Assembly (NCBI GenBank): GCA_041650835.1
Contig: JBAZKL010000004.1
Span: forward strand, 230,900 to 294,899
Length of the DNA: 64,000 nucleotides
Source of the DNA: Candidatus Omnitrophota bacterium
GTDB taxonomy: Bacteria; Omnitrophota; Gorgyraeia; Gygaellales; Profunditerraquicolaceae
Direction: 5' to 3'
Positions 50,115-59,086 of the stretch are shown one piece after another (position 1 is the first letter of the stretch; the number at the start of each line of letters is the position of its first letter). The notes under the pieces were generated by a model that was not told the origin of the DNA, did not search any database, and saw only the letters and a list, made by a program, of their open reading frames with translations. The position numbers and the translations under genes are program-made.

Positions 50115-50337
50115 GTCGTTCTACATAGATGAATTGTAATGAAGTAACGCTTGATCTTTTGCTCAACGCTGCTACTTTCCTATCTATGAAATCTCAAACT
50201 TTCAAATTCGAGGAAAACGTTTTCATTCCCACGAAAAAAAATATTACAGCCGAACTCCTTCCTGATATATTAGAATTTCCTGTCCGAGAATTAGAAAACC
50301 CACGGCCACCTCATGATAGAGGGCAAGCATGTTTATG

Positions 50338-50409
50338 GGCGGAAGAGGAGTTGAACCTCCAAGGGTTGCCCCAATAGCTCCTAAGGCTATCGCGTATGCC
50401 AGTTCCGCC
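50338..50409 (-). other. tRNA-like degenerate element: a perfect 7-bp acceptor-like stem (GGCGGAA/TTCCGCC) and a GGAGGTTCAACTCC T-arm-like hairpin, but no canonical D or anticodon arm.
   Basis: Hand-folded. A GNRA-like GGGG-CAA-CCC hairpin replaces the anticodon arm; the element lies between tRNA-Gly and tRNA-Lys on the same strand. Confidence 0.25.
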
Positions 50410-50410
50410 A

Positions 50411-50535
50411 TCCGCCCGCAAGACGCAGTAACGAGTAAACAGTAACAAATAACTAGTAATTAACTATTAATGCGGGCAGAGGAAATTCCTGGAATTCCTG
50501 TTACGTATTACTCGTTACTCGCTTACTAGTTACTA
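50411..50535. repeat. Large imperfect palindrome built from gtaacgagta / tactcgttac words around a gaaattcctggaattcc centre.
   Basis: Inverted arms cagtaacgagtaaacagtaacaaataactagtaa ... ttacgtattactcgttactcgcttactagttac. Confidence 0.5.
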
Positions 50536-50644
50536 AAATCTCTTACAATAAAAGACCGCTTTTGAATTGTCCCTCTCCGCTAAACTCCGCTTCAAGGGCA
50601 ACTCGGGATTAATTTTCCCCACGCACAGCATGGGAAAAATTTAA

Positions 50645-50717
50645 TGAGCCTCCCGCGGCTCGAACGCGGCACAACCACATTAAAAGTGTGGTGCTCTACC
50701 AGATGAGCTAGAGGCCC
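50645..50717 (-). tRNA. tRNA-Lys (anticodon UUU).
   Basis: Acceptor GGGCCTC/GAGGCTC, anticodon stem CCACA/TGTGG with loop CTTTTAA, T-arm CCGCG-TTCGAGC-CGCGG. Confidence 0.8.
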
Positions 50718-50755
50718 GAATTTAAACTTAAAATTTATATTCTCAAAGCGTTATG

Positions 50756-51319
50756 CTAAAACTCAAGTATTTCTTTTTCTTTATTCTTAAGCAGCTCATC
50801 TACGCGGGCGATATACCTATCAACAAGCTTTTGAAGTTCGTCAACACCTTTAAATTTATCGTCCTCTGAAATTGTTTTATCTTTTTCAGCCTTTTCAAGC
50901 AATTCTTTTGAGTCGCGCCTGACCGTACGCAACGACACCCTTCCCTCTTCAATGATCTTATGCACCAGCTTTACCAGGTCCTGGCGCCGCTCTTTTGATA
51001 AGGGAGGGACTGAAAGCCGCACGACCTTACCGTCATTCATCGGCGTGATCCCTAATTTTGATTTCTGGATCGCTTTTTCGATCTCGGCGATTGCCGCGGG
51101 ATCCCAGGGCTGGATGACGATCATATGCGCGTCCGGGACGGAAATCGAAGCTAATTGCTTGACCAAAGTGGGAGTCCCGTAATAATCAACATGCAATCCT
51201 TCAACCAAATGAGGACTTGCCCTGCCGGTGCGTATCTCAGAGAATTCACGCACTACAAAATCGACAACTTTCTTCATTTTATCTTCACTTCCATGCAAAA
51301 TTTCTCTGACAGCCATCAC
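50756..51319 (-). CDS. frr: Ribosome recycling factor.
   Basis: RRF signature across the full 187 aa. Confidence 0.9.
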   Translation of the reverse strand: MMAVREILHGSEDKMKKVVDFVVREFSEIRTGRASPHLVEGLHVDYYGTPTLVKQLASISVPDAHMIVIQPWDPAAIAEIEKAIQKSKLGITPMNDGKVVRLSVPPLSKERRQDLVKLVHKIIEEGRVSLRTVRRDSKELLEKAEKDKTISEDDKFKGVDELQKLVDRYIARVDELLKNKEKEILEF

Positions 51320-51353
51320 GAGCCCCCTTATTTTAAATTCTACGAGCCTAAAG

Positions 51354-52079
51354 CTAATCCCTTACGACGGTACCGATCTTCTCACCCAGGACAACCCGTT
51401 TAATATTGCCTTCCCTATTCAAATTAAAGACCACAATAGGCAATTTATTATCCATGCAAAGGCTGATAGCGGTCGCATCCATCACCTTCAACCCCTTTTT
51501 CAACACATCGATATATTTCAGCCGGGTGAATTTCCTGGCATCCTTGACTTTCACGGGGTCGGCGGAATAAACACCGTCTACTTTTGTGGCTTTTAATATC
51601 GCGTTGGCGTTAATTTCCATCGCGCGCAGCGCGGCGGCCGTGTCCGTCGTAAAATAAGGATTCCCCGTCCCTGAAACAAAAATAACCACGCGCTTCTTTT
51701 CTAAATGACGGACTGCCCGGCGCCTGATGTACGGCTCGGCGATCCGCTGCATCTCAATAGCCGTCATGACACGGGTCGGGATCCCTATCTTTTCCAAGAC
51801 GTTCTGCAGGGCCAAGCCGTTGATCACCGTCGCCAGCATCCCCATGTAATCAGCCACCGACCTGTCCATATCCAAACCTCTCGAAGCGGTATTCTCCTGG
51901 CCGCGGAAAATATTGCCTCCGCCCAAGACCAACGCGACATCGACATTGAGGTCGCGTATCTCTTTTATCTGGCGGGCGATAGCCACGAGAACCGTCTGGT
52001 CGATGCCATGCAGCTTCTTCCCCTGCAAGGCTTCGCCGCTGATCTTCAAGACTATTCTTTTATAGATAGGATGAGACAT
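51354..52079 (-). CDS. pyrH: Uridylate kinase.
   Basis: KISGEAL...GGGNIFRG amino-acid-kinase motifs. Confidence 0.9.
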   Translation of the reverse strand: MSHPIYKRIVLKISGEALQGKKLHGIDQTVLVAIARQIKEIRDLNVDVALVLGGGNIFRGQENTASRGLDMDRSVADYMGMLATVINGLALQNVLEKIGIPTRVMTAIEMQRIAEPYIRRRAVRHLEKKRVVIFVSGTGNPYFTTDTAAALRAMEINANAILKATKVDGVYSADPVKVKDARKFTRLKYIDVLKKGLKVMDATAISLCMDNKLPIVVFNLNREGNIKRVVLGEKIGTVVRD

Positions 52080-52609
52080 TATTCGGCAACGCCAACTTTA
52101 TAACGCACAAATCTGCGGATAAGGATATTTTCTCCGATCTTACCGATCAAGCTCGTAAGATAATCTTTAATGGTAAGGCTTGGATCTTTAATAAAGGCCT
52201 GCTCTAACAAACAGCCGGCTTTATAAAACGCTTCTTTATCGGCTTGCTCTTTCAAGACATCTTCGGGAACATCTTCCTTTTTAATATACGCAGGGTTACA
52301 CGCGGCGATCTGCATAGCAAGGTCTTTGGTAAACTGGCAGAATTCACTGTTCCTGGCGACAAAATCGGTCTCGCAATCAACCTCAACCAGTACGCCGATC
52401 TTACTGCCTAAATGAATATACGCTTCAACCCTGCCGTCCTTGGCTAACCTGCCCTGTTTATTTGCCGCGATCTCCATGCCGCGCTTGCGTAATAACTCAA
52501 CTGCCTTCTTTAAATCTCCCGATGCTTCCTGCAGCGCTTTTTTACAATCCATAACGCTGGCATTCGTTAAATTTCTCAGTTCTTTGATTGCTTCAACCGG
52601 TGAACTCAT
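52079..52609 (-). CDS. tsf: Elongation factor Ts, short form. The start is at [12 protein letters not shown]; the ORF-track extension into rpsB is rejected.
   Basis: UBA-like N-terminal domain ([19 protein letters not shown]) and EF-Ts core. Confidence 0.85.
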   Translation of the reverse strand: MSSPVEAIKELRNLTNASVMDCKKALQEASGDLKKAVELLRKRGMEIAANKQGRLAKDGRVEAYIHLGSKIGVLVEVDCETDFVARNSEFCQFTKDLAMQIAACNPAYIKKEDVPEDVLKEQADKEAFYKAGCLLEQAFIKDPSLTIKDYLTSLIGKIGENILIRRFVRYKVGVAE

Positions 52610-52613
52610 TTTA

Positions 52614-53510
52614 CTATACCTTCCTTTTACTTCTGGCCTTATCATCTCCCGGCTTACTGCGGATCTTCTTGCCGGTTTTCTGATCATCTTCAGGCTTTTC
52701 AGTTGTTTCGACGATTTCTTCGATCTCCTTGATCTTTATTTCCTCTTCGGGGGCGACAACAGGAGCTTCCGCCGCATCTTCCTTTTTAGCCTTGATAGCC
52801 ACTCCGCTTTCCGAAAGATATGACAGGAATTTCTTGCGCCCTTCAATAATGCTATCTGCAAGCAACCGGGCAATTAAGCCGATCGATTTAGTCGCATCAT
52901 CATTACCCGGGATGGGGTAATCAACCAGGTCAGGATTGGAATTAGTGTCGATAAACCCGATAACCGGGACACCTAACCGGCGCGCTTCCCTGACCGCGGT
53001 CTCTTCTTTCTTAGTATCGACGATAAAGATGGCTTTCGGCATCCGCTCCATCTGGACGATACCGGAAAAATTCTTCTTTAATTTTCCCAATTCCTTCTCC
53101 AGCAACGCCACTTCTTTTTTCGTCAATTTCTGAAAAGTCCCGTCTTCTTTCATTTTCTCGATCTCTTTAAGACGGTTGATGCTTTTCTTGATGGTAGCAA
53201 AGTTAGTCAACAAGCCGCCCGGCCAGCGCTCCGTGACATAGTACATACCGGCACGGATCGCTTCCTGCTGCACGACTTCCTGCGCCTGCTTTTTAGTCCC
53301 GACAAACAGCGCTACCTCGCCCTTGGAGGTTATGTCCAATAAATAATCCCTGGCTTTATTGAAACATTCCTCTGTCTTTTCCAAATCAATAATGTAAATA
53401 CCGCTGCGTTGGCCAAAGATAAATTTCTTCATCTTAGGGTTCCACCGTGAAACTTTGTGGCCAAAATGAACCCCGGCTTCCAAGAACTGCTTAATTATTT
53501 CTGAAGGCAA
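52614..53510 (-). CDS. rpsB: 30S ribosomal protein S2 with a Lys/Glu-rich C-terminal extension.
   Basis: S2 signature (HFGHKVSRWNPKM...). Confidence 0.9.
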   Translation of the reverse strand: MPSEIIKQFLEAGVHFGHKVSRWNPKMKKFIFGQRSGIYIIDLEKTEECFNKARDYLLDITSKGEVALFVGTKKQAQEVVQQEAIRAGMYYVTERWPGGLLTNFATIKKSINRLKEIEKMKEDGTFQKLTKKEVALLEKELGKLKKNFSGIVQMERMPKAIFIVDTKKEETAVREARRLGVPVIGFIDTNSNPDLVDYPIPGNDDATKSIGLIARLLADSIIEGRKKFLSYLSESGVAIKAKKEDAAEAPVVAPEEEIKIKEIEEIVETTEKPEDDQKTGKKIRSKPGDDKARSKRKV

Positions 53511-53562
53511 AATAAACCCCCCTGTTAAAGTTAATAAATTGTTAACCCAAATTAATTTTATA

Positions 53563-53590
53563 AGTATAACATACTTTCTTTAAGTTGCAA
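53563..53590 (-). promoter_or_regulatory. Candidate sigma70 promoter (TTGCAA-16-TATACT) upstream of rpsB-tsf-pyrH-frr.
   Basis: Hexamers read on the minus strand in the AT-rich region about 50 nt upstream of the rpsB ATG. Confidence 0.4.
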
Positions 53591-53675
53591 ACTTTATTTA
53601 CAGCTTAAGAAAGATATTATTATACTTATTTTACCCTTTAAAAGCAATAAAATTATCCAAGAATCTTCTTATTGC

Positions 53676-54248
53676 CTAAATCGCCTTTTCTTGAGGATTT
53701 CTATACATTTCCCGCAAAAGCCATGCGCCTGAAACCAGGCAGGCCAGCATAACCATAACCGCGACCACCTTCACCCCCCCTGCCAAAAAGGTGTCGTAGC
53801 GCAGGACCCCCATGCGTGCCAGCAAATAATTCCAATCATGGATAATAGTATCGCCGCCAAAAGGGCTCACTAACGGCAAAGACATAGTTTGAGCATCACC
53901 CAAATACCGGGCAATTCCGAATAAATTATCCGCAAGCCACCCAAAAGATAACGAAATAGCAAAAAAATCCTTTTGACGGTAAAAATTAAACACGGCAAAA
54001 ACCGGAACTAAACATTGGGCCAACGTCCCGCCCCAAACCCCCGCAAACTCCCCCAAGAAAGCAAAAACCACGTGCCCCAACTCGTGTATCCCTAAATTTA
54101 ACATACCCAGGACCGAACAATACAATGGGTCCAGGAAATAACGGACCAGGCTATAGGCAAACCAGGCCAAAAGAGGAAGGCGCGCCAGCCAGGATTTCCC
54201 CCGGCACCATTCCAAAGCTTCCTGACGCAACAAACTCAATAATTCCAT
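53676..54248 (-). CDS. Small polytopic membrane protein with an intramembrane HExxH motif (putative zinc metalloprotease-like).
   Basis: 190 aa, about five TM helices, with LGIHELGHVVFA inside a hydrophobic segment. Confidence 0.5.
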   Translation of the reverse strand: MELLSLLRQEALEWCRGKSWLARLPLLAWFAYSLVRYFLDPLYCSVLGMLNLGIHELGHVVFAFLGEFAGVWGGTLAQCLVPVFAVFNFYRQKDFFAISLSFGWLADNLFGIARYLGDAQTMSLPLVSPFGGDTIIHDWNYLLARMGVLRYDTFLAGGVKVVAVMVMLACLVSGAWLLREMYRNPQEKAI

Positions 54249-54389
54249 AAAAATTAAATCAATACATTTAAAGCAAGAATTTGCTTTAACCTGTTTTGAT
54301 TTATAGGGTTATACCCTTCACGCAAATCAGCGCGCTGATCGAGGGCCCTTATTAGGATAAACTAAAAAGGAAGGTTGATTGAGAAAAGC

Positions 54390-54779
54390 TCACCATTGCT
54401 CTTTAATTCTCTGAGCTATTTTCATTGCTAACGCAGGATCCGGTTGAAGGCCTTTTACGGCTTTTATTTCTATCCGGATCTTACGGGACTTCAATTGGGT
54501 CACCGTAACGACGACATCGGAATCTTTTATCAATGCCTCTAACCTGCCGGCTTTTTCTTCTTGAAAACGAATAAGCCCCATGCTATAAACAACCTTATAC
54601 GTAGTAAGCCAACCCTGCTGGTAAGCCGCTCGCTTTTCCAAACGGACAGAAGCATCTGCGGCACTCATAATTTGAGCGGTTCCCAGGCGGCCGCTTGAGG
54701 AGAACAGAGCACAGCCGTTTAAGAATAACGCGGCACTTATGATCATCCCTGCAACGCTTATTTTCTTCATCATTATCAA
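54390..54779 (-). CDS. Lipoprotein (LNGC lipobox) of unknown function.
   Basis: Signal peptide followed by a Cys lipobox; 129 aa. Confidence 0.55.
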   Translation of the reverse strand: MIMMKKISVAGMIISAALFLNGCALFSSSGRLGTAQIMSAADASVRLEKRAAYQQGWLTTYKVVYSMGLIRFQEEKAGRLEALIKDSDVVVTVTQLKSRKIRIEIKAVKGLQPDPALAMKIAQRIKEQW

Positions 54780-54871
54780 TGCTTAAGGCTCCCCCGGCAC
54801 TCCTGCCGCCTAAAATCCGGTATTTAACTTATTGTACCTTAAATAACGCGATTTTCAAATATAAATAAGAG

Positions 54872-56173
54872 TTATTTGCGGCCCTTTATATCTTTAATAA
54901 CCGTAACGATCCGAGTGACTTTGCCGCCTTCTAAAACAGGTATTTTCCTTGTTTCCGTGGAATAACGCTTATCTTTTATCTTAACTCTTTCTTTCGTAAC
55001 CAGCGTCTTTCTGGTTTTCAAGACTTTTTGATATTCATCATATACGCTTTCAGACAAAAAGGGGAAAACCTCAAACAATTCCTTGCCGATAACAGGGCCC
55101 TTAATCCGTATATTCTTAGTCCACTGCGTAAAGACCTTATTGAGCAAAAGGATCCGCAACTGACGGTCAACAACATGAACCGCGTCCCCCATCGAGTCCA
55201 GCGTCATACGATACTGCAATTCGGAGGACTTCCTCTTCTCTTCAGCAAGCTTATATTCGGTAATATCATACAAATGGCCCAGATAATGCGTAATACGGCC
55301 GGCATCATCCTGAGGAAGGATCGTAAAAACATGCACCCACTTATAGATACCGCCTAAACACCGGATACGGTATTCAGCTTCAAAACAGCCCGTGCTCTTC
55401 TTTATATTCTCTTTAACATCTTCTTCTAAACGCTTACGGTCATCAGGATGAAGCAGGTTAGCGTATAGTATCTTTCCGGTCATAAAATCGGCCGGTTCAT
55501 AGCCAAACTGGTTTGAAACATTTTCCGATACATACTCTACCGGCCAACCTTCCTGCGCCTTCCACTTGAATACTACGGTCGGGCCGCTGATAAACAATTT
55601 CCTTTCCGCATCCAGCTCTTCCTGTATCCTGATACGCTTATCGATCTCAAGATGAAGGTCTTCATTGGCTTTACTGAGTTCTGCGGTACGCACCTTGACC
55701 CGGATCCCCAATTCAGCCCGGGAATTCCGCAGATCTTCTTCCATTTTCTTACGCTCGGTAATATCAAAAATGACGCCTACCAACCCTCCGGTAAGGCCAA
55801 CTTCATTCAGAAATGTTTCTTTATAAAACACGACATTGTGCTTGGCGCCGTTTGTTGCGGAAACATAGCTTTCATATTCCTGAATGCCGCCTTCTTTAAA
55901 TAATTCCCGGTCTTTTTTATAGTAAATTTCAGCCAGGTCTTTCGGAAAAAGCTCAAAAACTGTCTTACCGATCAATTGCTCTTTCGATAAACCTACATAG
56001 CGCTCAAACTCCAGGTTACACCCTAAATACTTACCGGAAAAATCTTTATAGAAAATAGGAATAGGGATAGCATCGATCACGACCTGCAAGAAACGCAATT
56101 GCTCCTGCGATTCATTAAACGCCTGCTCTCTCTTGTTCGAAGCTGATTCGGAATTATGGTTTTGATCCTGCAT
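54872..56173 (-). CDS. Cytoplasmic sensor protein with three tandem PAS domains and no recognisable output domain.
   Basis: Three PAS-like repeats (IPIPIFYKDFSGKYLGCN...; GPTVVFKW...; MGDAVHVVDRQLRILLLNK...) separated by coiled-coil linkers. Confidence 0.7.
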   Translation of the reverse strand: MQDQNHNSESASNKREQAFNESQEQLRFLQVVIDAIPIPIFYKDFSGKYLGCNLEFERYVGLSKEQLIGKTVFELFPKDLAEIYYKKDRELFKEGGIQEYESYVSATNGAKHNVVFYKETFLNEVGLTGGLVGVIFDITERKKMEEDLRNSRAELGIRVKVRTAELSKANEDLHLEIDKRIRIQEELDAERKLFISGPTVVFKWKAQEGWPVEYVSENVSNQFGYEPADFMTGKILYANLLHPDDRKRLEEDVKENIKKSTGCFEAEYRIRCLGGIYKWVHVFTILPQDDAGRITHYLGHLYDITEYKLAEEKRKSSELQYRMTLDSMGDAVHVVDRQLRILLLNKVFTQWTKNIRIKGPVIGKELFEVFPFLSESVYDEYQKVLKTRKTLVTKERVKIKDKRYSTETRKIPVLEGGKVTRIVTVIKDIKGRK

Positions 56174-56271
56174 GTGGCCTTTGAAAGAGTAAAAGCGACT
56201 CCCGCTGCCTGTGAGCCGCCTTCCTTACCTATATATATGTATATACGAAAGCCCGTCTTATTACCTTGAAT

Positions 56272-56299
56272 TATTATAACACTCGCTCTTAAGCTGTCA
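56272..56299 (-). promoter_or_regulatory. Near-consensus sigma70 promoter (TTGACA-16-TATAAT) for the PAS gene. It overlaps the stop of the upstream radical-SAM gene.
   Basis: Both hexamers match consensus exactly when read on the minus strand. Confidence 0.5.
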
Positions 56300-57415
56300 A
56301 CCTTTGATTTTGGCTTTTTTATCGAAAACCCCGGAAGGATATCCGGATTTGACCTCAAAAGGATACTCGTGGTACTCGTAATCCAATTTAAAGAAAAGGC
56401 TCATTTGAGCCATTTTTTCAATGATCTTGCTGATTGGCTTATCTTGCGCGGATATAAAAGAGGGATTATTCCTTATTTTCAAATAGCGCGAATCAATACC
56501 CGGGCAAATAATGCCTAAGCCGCATTCCAGGCATTCTTTATGTGTATGAGCGCTTTGATTATAATTAAACATGGGTTCCGGTTTAAAGGATGTATTCTTT
56601 CCCAAAACCTGATCATTATAGAAAAACATTTTGTTTTTTCTCAGCTTTAACGGCAGCTCAAGGCAGAGATATTCAAAACCTTTATACAAACATAGTGGGA
56701 AACGGCTTATAACAACACCTATATCGTTACTAACCGCATATTTAATGACACTCTGAAGATAACCGGCAAACTTATTATAATCAGGGATAAGCTGCGGATC
56801 CTCACAGACCCGCCCCTCAAGATTAAGCGTCTTTATATGTACCAAAAAATCCCTGCCGCCTAAGAGCTTTTTCAACAGCTTGAAAACCGCCAGTATTTTA
56901 GTGTAATTGAGGGAATTCGGGATGAAATTAAAAAAGATCACCATTTTACTTTTATAATCCCTGATATTTTCCACCCCTCTGATCAACTCATCAAAAGCAT
57001 CCACGCCCATAAGGGCTCGAAACATCGCTTTATCGTGAGCATGCACGGAGATTTCAATAGAATCGAGGTATTTTAAGATCCGCCGCGCGAATTTCCGGTC
57101 AGCGAATTTAATGCCATTGGTGACTAAATACGTCTTTATCCCCTGACGGTGAATGAAGCGCAATATCTCCTCCAAGTCTTCCCGCAGCGTTGTCTCCCCC
57201 CCCATAAAATTGATCGCTTCAATACCCATCGATTTAAGCTTCAGCACAGTTTGTTTGATAACGCTCAAATCGACATTAACCGGGTGAGTATGCCGGCCTT
57301 CGGAGCAAAACAGGCAACGCGCGTTACAAAACGAAGTCACATTCAGGATCGCCGTCTCACCCTTGATCTTCCTAACGCCGGTCTTAAGATTTGGCAATAT
57401 GCTCATAATATTCAA
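56297..57415 (-). CDS. Radical SAM protein (CNARCLFC) with a C-terminal Cys-rich auxiliary-cluster region; last gene of the radical-SAM operon.
   Basis: CxxxCxxC in the first 35 aa, a GGE motif (NFMGGETTL) and a C-terminal HTHKECLECGLGIICPG. Confidence 0.75.
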   Translation of the reverse strand: MNIMSILPNLKTGVRKIKGETAILNVTSFCNARCLFCSEGRHTHPVNVDLSVIKQTVLKLKSMGIEAINFMGGETTLREDLEEILRFIHRQGIKTYLVTNGIKFADRKFARRILKYLDSIEISVHAHDKAMFRALMGVDAFDELIRGVENIRDYKSKMVIFFNFIPNSLNYTKILAVFKLLKKLLGGRDFLVHIKTLNLEGRVCEDPQLIPDYNKFAGYLQSVIKYAVSNDIGVVISRFPLCLYKGFEYLCLELPLKLRKNKMFFYNDQVLGKNTSFKPEPMFNYNQSAHTHKECLECGLGIICPGIDSRYLKIRNNPSFISAQDKPISKIIEKMAQMSLFFKLDYEYHEYPFEVKSGYPSGVFDKKAKIKG

Positions 57416-57420
57416 TAAAG

Positions 57421-59073
57421 TTATTTACCGGCACGTTGCCGGATATATGGCTTGCTCAGGGTGACAGAAACATCCTTTCCGATAAACTTTCTTGCCGCGT
57501 GGTCCCGGGTCTTAATAATAAATGACGCGGAAAACTCCCGGAATAATATAAATTTGCTTTGCATGGTATGTATCGCCTGGCCGCAATCAATAAAACAGGT
57601 TGACGGATATTTCCGCCTCAGGCCTCCTGAAGCGCGATGCCCATGCACCCAGACCTCAGGCATCAACTCCACAGGAAGAAGCTCAGTAAGCAACTGAGCG
57701 GCCTTGCCGACTTTTATCAAATCAACAGGGTAATGAGAGAACACGATCCTGATAGAATCGGCTTTCCTCTTTAAAATGTTCATCAGCTTCTCAAAGGTTT
57801 CTTCGCGTATCGTATCCGCAGCGGCCAATTCTTTATCGGCAGGAAAAGCGTCTATCGGTAAAATAATAGAGCAAATATTACCATCCTCGAAAAACGTAAA
57901 CAGCTTACCGCAAAGGTATTTACGAAACCACGTAAGGAGCGGCTTCCTGTTCTTATAAACATAGTCATGATTCCCCAGGACATGCGTGATCGATCTTCTC
58001 TGCGCACAAACAGCAAGAATTCTTTTATATGCCGTATACGCCGCGGCCCCCCGGTCGCCCTCCACCGTATCACCCACAAAAAAGCCTTTTGACCAGAAAA
58101 CCGAATTACTATCCCGCAGTATCGCCCCTACCTTGCCTGCGTTGGTTCCTGAGGCATGCAGGTCCGCGAGGCACCAGAAAGAAAGGTATTTATCCGGAGC
58201 GTTTATCGTGTTGAGCTCCCCCTCACAGCCTAAAGCGTCCCGGCAGCGAAGACACTCTTTTTTCTTACTTACCATTCTGTTTATAAGCGGCGCCAAGCGC
58301 TTGCGTTTACCGTCTTCAAAGACGACAGAGATATCCCTTACATTTGTATTTTCTTTGATCTTGAATTTATTCAAGCCTCTCGCGAGGCAGCGGGGGATAA
58401 AATAAAGCGTTCCCCGGGCCAAACGGACCGACGCGAGGTTACGGACTAACCTGCGGATATCCGCGTAGTCGAGCAATTTATCCTTATCGATATCGACTTC
58501 ACCGGTAAAATCAAGGCGGAAAGGCACTACCGGGCTTACCATAAAGAAATTAATGCCCCGTTGAGCGAAGAAATCGAGCGTCGTATGGGCATGGGCAATA
58601 TTATAACGGTGGAGCAAAAGGCTGCCCCCCAAATCTATCCCTTTTCCGCGAAGGTTCTTAATGCCCCGCGTGAGCTCCTGAAAACTTCCGCTTACCCCGG
58701 TAATCTTTTCATGGACACCTTGTTTATGCGAATGAAGCGAAAAGACCACCTTAGTCACGCCCGCCGCGACGATCCTCCTGCAAAAATCCCGATAATACAA
58801 CATCCTCCCGTTGGTAAAGAGCGTTATGTGCCTGAAGCCATTCTCGCGCGCCTGACTGACGTACTCAAATATACGCGGGCTGGTGGTAGGTTCCGCCCCT
58901 CTTAAATCAATGCGCGTAACTCCTCGCCCGGCAGCGTTCTTGATCGCCGCCAATACAAAATCTTTGTCGGGGGAGCCGGATGGATGGATTTTGCAAAAGA
59001 AGCATGCGTTATTACACGCATGGGTAAACTGAATGATGATTATTTTTTTACGTTTTTCTTCCAAACTCAACAT
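57421..59073 (-). CDS. Fusion protein: N-terminal radical SAM domain (CNNACFFC) plus a C-terminal calcineurin-like metallophosphoesterase domain.
   Basis: Radical-SAM core to about aa 300 (GAEPT, CLRCRDALGCEG), then MPP motifs ADLHAS, GDTVEGDRG, GNHD, HGH. Confidence 0.75.
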   Translation of the reverse strand: MLSLEEKRKKIIIIQFTHACNNACFFCKIHPSGSPDKDFVLAAIKNAAGRGVTRIDLRGAEPTTSPRIFEYVSQARENGFRHITLFTNGRMLYYRDFCRRIVAAGVTKVVFSLHSHKQGVHEKITGVSGSFQELTRGIKNLRGKGIDLGGSLLLHRYNIAHAHTTLDFFAQRGINFFMVSPVVPFRLDFTGEVDIDKDKLLDYADIRRLVRNLASVRLARGTLYFIPRCLARGLNKFKIKENTNVRDISVVFEDGKRKRLAPLINRMVSKKKECLRCRDALGCEGELNTINAPDKYLSFWCLADLHASGTNAGKVGAILRDSNSVFWSKGFFVGDTVEGDRGAAAYTAYKRILAVCAQRRSITHVLGNHDYVYKNRKPLLTWFRKYLCGKLFTFFEDGNICSIILPIDAFPADKELAAADTIREETFEKLMNILKRKADSIRIVFSHYPVDLIKVGKAAQLLTELLPVELMPEVWVHGHRASGGLRRKYPSTCFIDCGQAIHTMQSKFILFREFSASFIIKTRDHAARKFIGKDVSVTLSKPYIRQRAGK

Positions 59074-59086
59074 GGATGGACCTGCG

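Noticed and set aside
49984-50166. 60-aa minus-strand ORF overlapping 50042-50114.
   Set aside because: It translates across tRNA-Gly.
50129-50377. 82-aa plus-strand ORF in the inter-tRNA spacer.
   Set aside because: No RBS and no recognisable family. It lies on the opposite strand to everything else and overlaps the tRNA-like element.
50042-50717. Integrated prophage or genomic island at the tRNA-Gly / tRNA-Lys cluster.
   Set aside because: No integrase, phage or other cargo genes occur on either side: ptsN is on one side and frr on the other. Only a degenerate tRNA-like remnant and a palindrome are present.
56077-56358. 93-aa minus-strand ORF spanning the radical-SAM / PAS intergenic gap, as a possible precursor peptide.
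   Set aside because: It overlaps the 3' end of the radical-SAM gene in another frame and also the PAS promoter. Its composition is unremarkable and it lacks the Cys/Gly/Ser-rich core typical of radical-SAM RiPP precursors.
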